Shown piece after piece: positions 58,842 to 64,000 of a DNA stretch of 64,000 nt. The number at the start of each line of letters is the position of its first letter. Within the stretch, counting starts at the first letter, position 1. The position numbers and the translations under genes are program-made. The DNA comes from Candidatus Cloacimonadales bacterium. Its GTDB lineage: Bacteria; Cloacimonadota; Cloacimonadia; Cloacimonadales; JAFGVF01. The notes under the pieces are model-generated. The model saw nothing but the letters and a program-made list of their open reading frames with translations. It had not been told where the DNA came from and made no database searches. The DNA is taken from assembly GCA_963678315.1 (NCBI GenBank), contig OY782781.1:672001-736000 (forward strand), read 5' to 3'.

Positions 58842-58968
58842 ATAATCCTTCTTTAAGTAAAAATTATTTAACTAATATTTACTTGTAAAGTTTTTTTTTA
58901 ACTTTATGATTTACTAATATTTGCCTTTTAATTTTATTGGTCAAAAAAACTAATAATGAGAGGATCTC

Positions 58969-60690
58969 TTGATTAAACGATTCGTTAAATTCTATAAACC
59001 ACACAAGCTACTTTTTATTTTAGATATTGGAATTGCTTTTTTAACTTCAATACTAAATATTGTTTTTCCTTCTATAACAAGAACCTTATTAAAAGATTCT
59101 ATTCCTAACAGGGATACAAGAATGATCATCGTGTTTTTCTCTGTTCTTTTGCTTATCTGGATTGCTAGAGCCTTTTTTAACTTCATAAGAATCAAGTGGG
59201 GACATATTCTCGGAGTTCGCATGGAAGCAGATATGCGTTCTATGTTATTTAGGCATCTTCAAAAGCTATCTTTTACTTATTATGATAACACCAAGACTGG
59301 ACATATTATGTCTAGAATTACCAATGATTTAAACGTCATTGCTGAAGTTGCTCATCATGCTCCTGAAGACCTTATCATTTCTGTCTTTACTATTGTGGGT
59401 TCCTTTATTGTGATGTTCTCATTTAATACAAACTTAGCATTGTTTGCTCTTGCTCCGCTGCCAATTATTGTTATTTGGGGACTTACTCTTGGTAGAAGAA
59501 TGAAAGCAGGTTTCAGGAATGTAAGAAAGAAGATTGCTGAAATGAACTCTTCAGTTGAGAACTCTGTTCAAGGCATTAGGGAAGTCAAATCTTATGCTAA
59601 TGAAGAGATGGAGATTGAGAAGTTTGGTGATGTTAATCTAAACTTTCAAAAAGCTAAAGAGAAAATGTATAGCCTGATGTCCCTCTTTCACTCTGGTATG
59701 GGTTTCCTAACTGATATATATTATGGGGTTGTTTTGGCTGGTGCTACCTGGCTTCTTCTTCGTAATGAAATAGTCATAGCCGACCTTTTAGCTTTCATTC
59801 TCTATATCAACTTTATTTTAAATCCAATAAATAGACTTATCAATTTTGTTGAACAATATCAGCAAGGATATACTGCCTTTGAGCGTTTTACAGAGATTAT
59901 GGATATTGAAGCTGACATACAAGATAGAAAGGGTGCAATATCTCTCAGTTCAAAATATTCTAATATTTCAATTAAGAACTTATCATTTAGATATCAAGGA
60001 ACAGATAACTATGTCTTAGAGGATATTAATATCAATGTTGAAGCTGGTAAAACAGTTGCTTTAGTGGGAGAATCAGGTGCAGGTAAATCAACTTTAGTTT
60101 CACTTATACCTCGCTTTTATGAGCCTAACAAAGGTTCTATCCTGATTAATGATCATGACATCATGGATTTAAAGCAAAAGTTCCTTAGAGAGAATATTGG
60201 AATTGTTCAACAAAGTGTCTTCTTATTTGATACTACAATCCGTGAAAACATCTTATATGGCAAGCCTAGTGCAAGCGATGATGAACTTATTGAAGCTGCT
60301 AAGAATGCTAATATTCTTGATTTCATCATGTCTCTTCCTGATGGCTTTGATACCCTAGTCGGTGAAAGAGGTGTTAAACTTTCTGGTGGTCAAAAACAAA
60401 GAATTTCTATTGCTAGAGTTTTCTTAAAAGACCCTGATATTCTAATATTTGATGAAGCTACTTCTTCTTTAGATACAGAATCAGAGGCTCGCATTCAAGA
60501 ATCTTTAGAAAAGCTTTCAGAGAATAGAACTACAATTGTTATAGCTCATAGATTGTCAACAGTTGCCAAAGCTGATTATACTTATGTAATGCAGAATGGC
60601 AAGATAGTTGAAGAAGGACGACATACTCAATTGATAAATGAAAAGGGCTATTATTATAGTCTTTGTTCTAGAATGAATATGATAAATTAG
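58969..60690 (+). CDS. ABC exporter, fused permease and ATPase
   Basis: 6 TMs, GESGAGKS, LSGGQKQRISIAR, DEATSSLD; TTG start. Confidence 0.93.
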   Translation: MIKRFVKFYKPHKLLFILDIGIAFLTSILNIVFPSITRTLLKDSIPNRDTRMIIVFFSVLLLIWIARAFFNFIRIKWGHILGVRMEADMRSMLFRHLQKLSFTYYDNTKTGHIMSRITNDLNVIAEVAHHAPEDLIISVFTIVGSFIVMFSFNTNLALFALAPLPIIVIWGLTLGRRMKAGFRNVRKKIAEMNSSVENSVQGIREVKSYANEEMEIEKFGDVNLNFQKAKEKMYSLMSLFHSGMGFLTDIYYGVVLAGATWLLLRNEIVIADLLAFILYINFILNPINRLINFVEQYQQGYTAFERFTEIMDIEADIQDRKGAISLSSKYSNISIKNLSFRYQGTDNYVLEDININVEAGKTVALVGESGAGKSTLVSLIPRFYEPNKGSILINDHDIMDLKQKFLRENIGIVQQSVFLFDTTIRENILYGKPSASDDELIEAAKNANILDFIMSLPDGFDTLVGERGVKLSGGQKQRISIARVFLKDPDILIFDEATSSLDTESEARIQESLEKLSENRTTIVIAHRLSTVAKADYTYVMQNGKIVEEGRHTQLINEKGYYYSLCSRMNMIN

Positions 60691-60698
60691 GATACAAA

Positions 60699-61541
60699 AT
60701 GAAAGAGAAAAACTCTGCAATTTTATGGATGTTAACTTCTGCTTTAAGCTTTGCGATTATGGGAGCAATGGTCAAACTTGCTAGCGAAATACCAGTTATA
60801 GAAAAGGTCTTCTTTAGGAATTTAATCACCTTTATTTTAACCCTTTCCATATTCTTAAGAAAGTGGGAGAACCCTTTTAAACAAGGTAAAGCAAGCAAGT
60901 TCTTACTCTTGAGATCTATGGCTGGATTACTTGGTGTTGTCTTCTACTTTTATGCAATATCTAATCTACCTCTTTCTGATTCAACTATGCTGAATAAGTT
61001 ATCGCCTTTCTTTGTGATGATTTTTGCTGGTTTCTTCTTGAAAGAAGGCTTTACATTGAAGAAGTTCTCTACTGTTATTTTGGCTTTTGTAGGAGCTCTG
61101 TTAATAATTAAACCTCAGTTAGATCTATCAATTCTTCCTGCACTTGCTGGCTTATTATCAGCTATTTTTGCTGGAATAGCCTATACTACTGTTCGCTATT
61201 TAAAGGGTAAAGCATCTTCTAACATGATTGTCTTCTACTTTTCAGCTATTTCAGTATTGGGAACATTGCCTTTTGTATTACTCAACTTCAAAGTACCCAA
61301 GGCCAGCGAGTTAATGTTCTTGATTGGAACTGGCTTTTTTGCTGCTTGTGGCCAATTATCTTTAACTCAAGCTTACCACAAAGCACCAGCTTCTGAAATA
61401 TCTATCTATAACTATGCAAGTGTTGTTTTTGCTACTATTATTGGTGTGCTTTTTGTAGGTGATAAACTTCCTGATATTTACACTATACTTGGTGGTTTAA
61501 TCATCTTCATAGGAGCATATCTGAACTTCAGGAGTAAATAA
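60699..61541 (+). CDS. EamA/DMT transporter
   Basis: 10 TMs, VFFRN, LSPFF, LKE. Confidence 0.9.
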   Translation: MKEKNSAILWMLTSALSFAIMGAMVKLASEIPVIEKVFFRNLITFILTLSIFLRKWENPFKQGKASKFLLLRSMAGLLGVVFYFYAISNLPLSDSTMLNKLSPFFVMIFAGFFLKEGFTLKKFSTVILAFVGALLIIKPQLDLSILPALAGLLSAIFAGIAYTTVRYLKGKASSNMIVFYFSAISVLGTLPFVLLNFKVPKASELMFLIGTGFFAACGQLSLTQAYHKAPASEISIYNYASVVFATIIGVLFVGDKLPDIYTILGGLIIFIGAYLNFRSK

Positions 61542-61558
61542 TTCTTCTTATAAATAAA

Positions 61559-61587
61559 ATACCAGACATCTAAAAGACGTCTGGTAT
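61559..61587 (+). terminator. hairpin after EamA gene
   Basis: ATACCAGAC...GTCTGGTAT. Confidence 0.5.
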
Positions 61588-61660
61588 CAGTTCTCGCATT
61601 ATAAATAAAGGGTTAGTTTCAAATCATTGAAAAGATAACTCTTTAGCCGTAAAATTTATT

Positions 61661-61695
61661 AAAAGAGAATGTAGGGCAAGATCCTACATTCTCTT
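61661..61695 (-). terminator. intrinsic terminator
   Basis: AAGAGAATGTAGG...CCTACATTCTCTTTT directly at the stop codon. Confidence 0.75.
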
Positions 61696-64000
61696 ATTTT
61701 ATAAGAGTAGCTTTCTTAGTATCAATTACATTTCCATTTGCTTTTAATCTATAAAAATAGAGACCAGAAGCGCATTTATCTGCATTCCAAGTTATTTTTC
61801 CAGATTGTATATCTTTGTCACTAAGTGGGAGGGTAGTGATTTTTTGTCCTTTTAGGTTAAATATATCAATGGAAGCATTATTTGTCTTCTTAGAGTCTAG
61901 TGTAAAACTAATAGTTGTTTCGGGATTGAAAGGATTTGGATAGTTATTGTTTAATTTAGAAACTACTACAGGGATAACATTATCAGAATTTGGAACAAAG
62001 TCTGTTGAATAACTAATCACAGATACATTGTCAATGTTCCAACCTGGGTCAACCAGTCTAGGTTCTGCATTATCATCTTTAAGTCTAAGCTTAAAGTAAA
62101 GGTTTTCACTGTTGAAAGAATCAGGTATTTTAGCCCAATCAACGTGAAGATAATCGTGTTGACCAGATTTTGCCCATATCTCAGTCCATTCAGAATTATC
62201 AGGGCTGATTTCAATAGATGCAAAATCAAAGAACCATTCAGTGTATAACCAGTGATCTAATTTAATATAATTCTCTTTTTCTGGATTGATTGAAATAGGA
62301 TTTGAAGTTATTAATTGATAATCACAATTAGGTTCATAGAAGTTATTATCAAATCCTTGCTCAAAGTTAAAAGGTGAGTACTTAGAATCAGATACAAATG
62401 ATTCTGTCATATTTTCACTATTTTGGAAAGAAGTAATTTCCCAGTTTTCACTTGCAGTCCAGTTATCTAGATTATTGAAATCATCATCAAAGACAAGCTC
62501 AAAATCAGAGAAGTCTAATGAGAAGTTGTTAGGTCCACCACCTAGATTAATATCTTCACTATAATATCTATCTTCACTAACAAATTTAATGGTGTTATTA
62601 CCAGCATATAAGCTAAGTGTTTGAGGAGTATTATCTTCAATAGTAAATTCATGATCTAAATCATCTAAGTCATGATTAGTAACATAAAGTTTACCTTGGC
62701 CCCAGAAACCAGAAATATTAACATCTACTTGAGCTGTAGGCTCTGAAAGTGGTTGTAAAGAAATATGTTTTTGAGTCCAAACACTATATACACTAATATC
62801 TTCTGTATGAGTATAGTAACCTTCCTTCTTAACTTTTAAAGTATATTGACCACTAAGAAGAGGTCTCCAATATCTACCAGACTCTGCAAGTGACATACGA
62901 GGTCTGAAGTATTCAGGATTTCTTCCTTCAATTATGATTTCAGCTTCTAAAGCTTGACCTGTAAGAGCATCAGTGATACGTCCAGTAAGCATTGAATTTG
63001 AATCCATTTGAGGGCTGTATGGAAGTGCTCTATTAAGAAGCCAAGCTGTACCATCATTACATTCATCAATAACAAATTGAGCTTCTTCTTCAGTTTCAGG
63101 TTGTAAATTAAGTGTACCACATTCTATAAGCAATTGTATTGTTCCAAATTGTTGATATAAAGTGTTATCTTCAGAACCTTTTCTTCCTTTTCCAGGATAA
63201 CATTCGTAAGGACCTGTCTCATCTTCTTTCATGATTTGACTTGCAACACCTTCACCAAGCATTTGAGCAAAATCAAAGTCAGGAGATTGTCTTACATCAT
63301 ACCAGTACCAAGGGTAATATACTTTTTCAGAGAAGTTACCTGTACGAGATGAGTGCCATTGAACAGAGAAGATTGGCTTGTATTCTTGACAAAAATCATA
63401 AACAAGTCTAGTTTCAGATTCTGAAAGTGGAGCAGAACCACGGTAATAATCATATACCTCTGCACCTGTAGAACACATCAATGTATCTCCATGAACCCAG
63501 TTAAAAGGGAAGTTTCTGTTGTTATCAACACCATCTATATCATAGCCAACATTTGGAGAAAAGTCAAAGCTTCCATTATTATTATTATCGCGTTTATTTT
63601 TTCTATAAGAAGTGTCTATTCCATCCATTACAACTTCATAACCTTCAGGATTAAGTATTGGAATAACATATATTTGTAAATGCTCTAACCATGCATTGTA
63701 AGGACTAGCGTTATTGTTTTCTAATATATTAATTATTGTTTCCATAGTTACACTTACACCCAATATCTCCTCGGCATGAAGTGGACCATTAAGCAGAATT
63801 ACTGGTTCTGATTCATCGAAAGTATCAACATCGTTAGACAACTTAACCATGTGAATAGGCATGTTATCTTGTTGAGAATATCCAGCTATTTCAACCTTAC
63901 ATTTGTTTGGGTAATTAGCTTCTAATTCAGCTAATTTGTCATTAATTTCTTCATTTGTCCAATAAAATTGAGGTAATGTCGCTTGGGCAAATAGTGATGC
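61694..64000 (-). CDS. secreted M14 zinc carboxypeptidase with FlgD/Por-like tail (5' end beyond the window)
   Basis: HAEE, NPEG, RKN, GVDNNRNF, SESET, H, E motifs; NYPNPFNPETTI; frame open to 64000. Confidence 0.9.
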   Translation of the reverse strand, partial: ASLFAQATLPQFYWTNEEINDKLAELEANYPNKCKVEIAGYSQQDNMPIHMVKLSNDVDTFDESEPVILLNGPLHAEEILGVSVTMETIINILENNNASPYNAWLEHLQIYVIPILNPEGYEVVMDGIDTSYRKNKRDNNNNGSFDFSPNVGYDIDGVDNNRNFPFNWVHGDTLMCSTGAEVYDYYRGSAPLSESETRLVYDFCQEYKPIFSVQWHSSRTGNFSEKVYYPWYWYDVRQSPDFDFAQMLGEGVASQIMKEDETGPYECYPGKGRKGSEDNTLYQQFGTIQLLIECGTLNLQPETEEEAQFVIDECNDGTAWLLNRALPYSPQMDSNSMLTGRITDALTGQALEAEIIIEGRNPEYFRPRMSLAESGRYWRPLLSGQYTLKVKKEGYYTHTEDISVYSVWTQKHISLQPLSEPTAQVDVNISGFWGQGKLYVTNHDLDDLDHEFTIEDNTPQTLSLYAGNNTIKFVSEDRYYSEDINLGGGPNNFSLDFSDFELVFDDDFNNLDNWTASENWEITSFQNSENMTESFVSDSKYSPFNFEQGFDNNFYEPNCDYQLITSNPISINPEKENYIKLDHWLYTEWFFDFASIEISPDNSEWTEIWAKSGQHDYLHVDWAKIPDSFNSENLYFKLRLKDDNAEPRLVDPGWNIDNVSVISYSTDFVPNSDNVIPVVVSKLNNNYPNPFNPETTISFTLDSKKTNNASIDIFNLKGQKITTLPLSDKDIQSGKITWNADKCASGLYFYRLKANGNVIDTKKATLIK

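Overview
AT-rich bacterial chromosomal window, probably from an FCB-group anaerobe such as Cloacimonadota. This is an inference from two secreted proteins ending in an NYPNPFNPETTI FlgD/Por-secretion-like tail, a GldAFG-like ABC system and a Rrf2-IscS-IscU locus. Most of it is housekeeping: def, yajC, tmk, nadB, rimI, recA/recX, addAB-like, glnA, tyrS, SRP RNA and tRNA-Val. Four things stand out. (1) Six intergenic loci are built from a shared, shuffled kit of short hairpin modules (REP/BIME-like mosaics) with compensatory base changes, GNA/GNRA loops, heptamer tracts and local tandem amplification. (2) A complete 2359-bp IS21-family element with an 8-bp target duplication sits inside a palindrome of one of these arrays. 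(3) A tightly coupled 8-gene selenium operon contains a selD with an in-frame UGA plus SECIS hairpin (missed by the ORF track) and an ABC binding protein and permease with no ATPase. (4) An identical GTGAAGGA-N16-GTCT promoter motif precedes both the ECF sigma operon and a distant MacAB-type efflux operon. No CRISPR array, cas gene or phage was seen.
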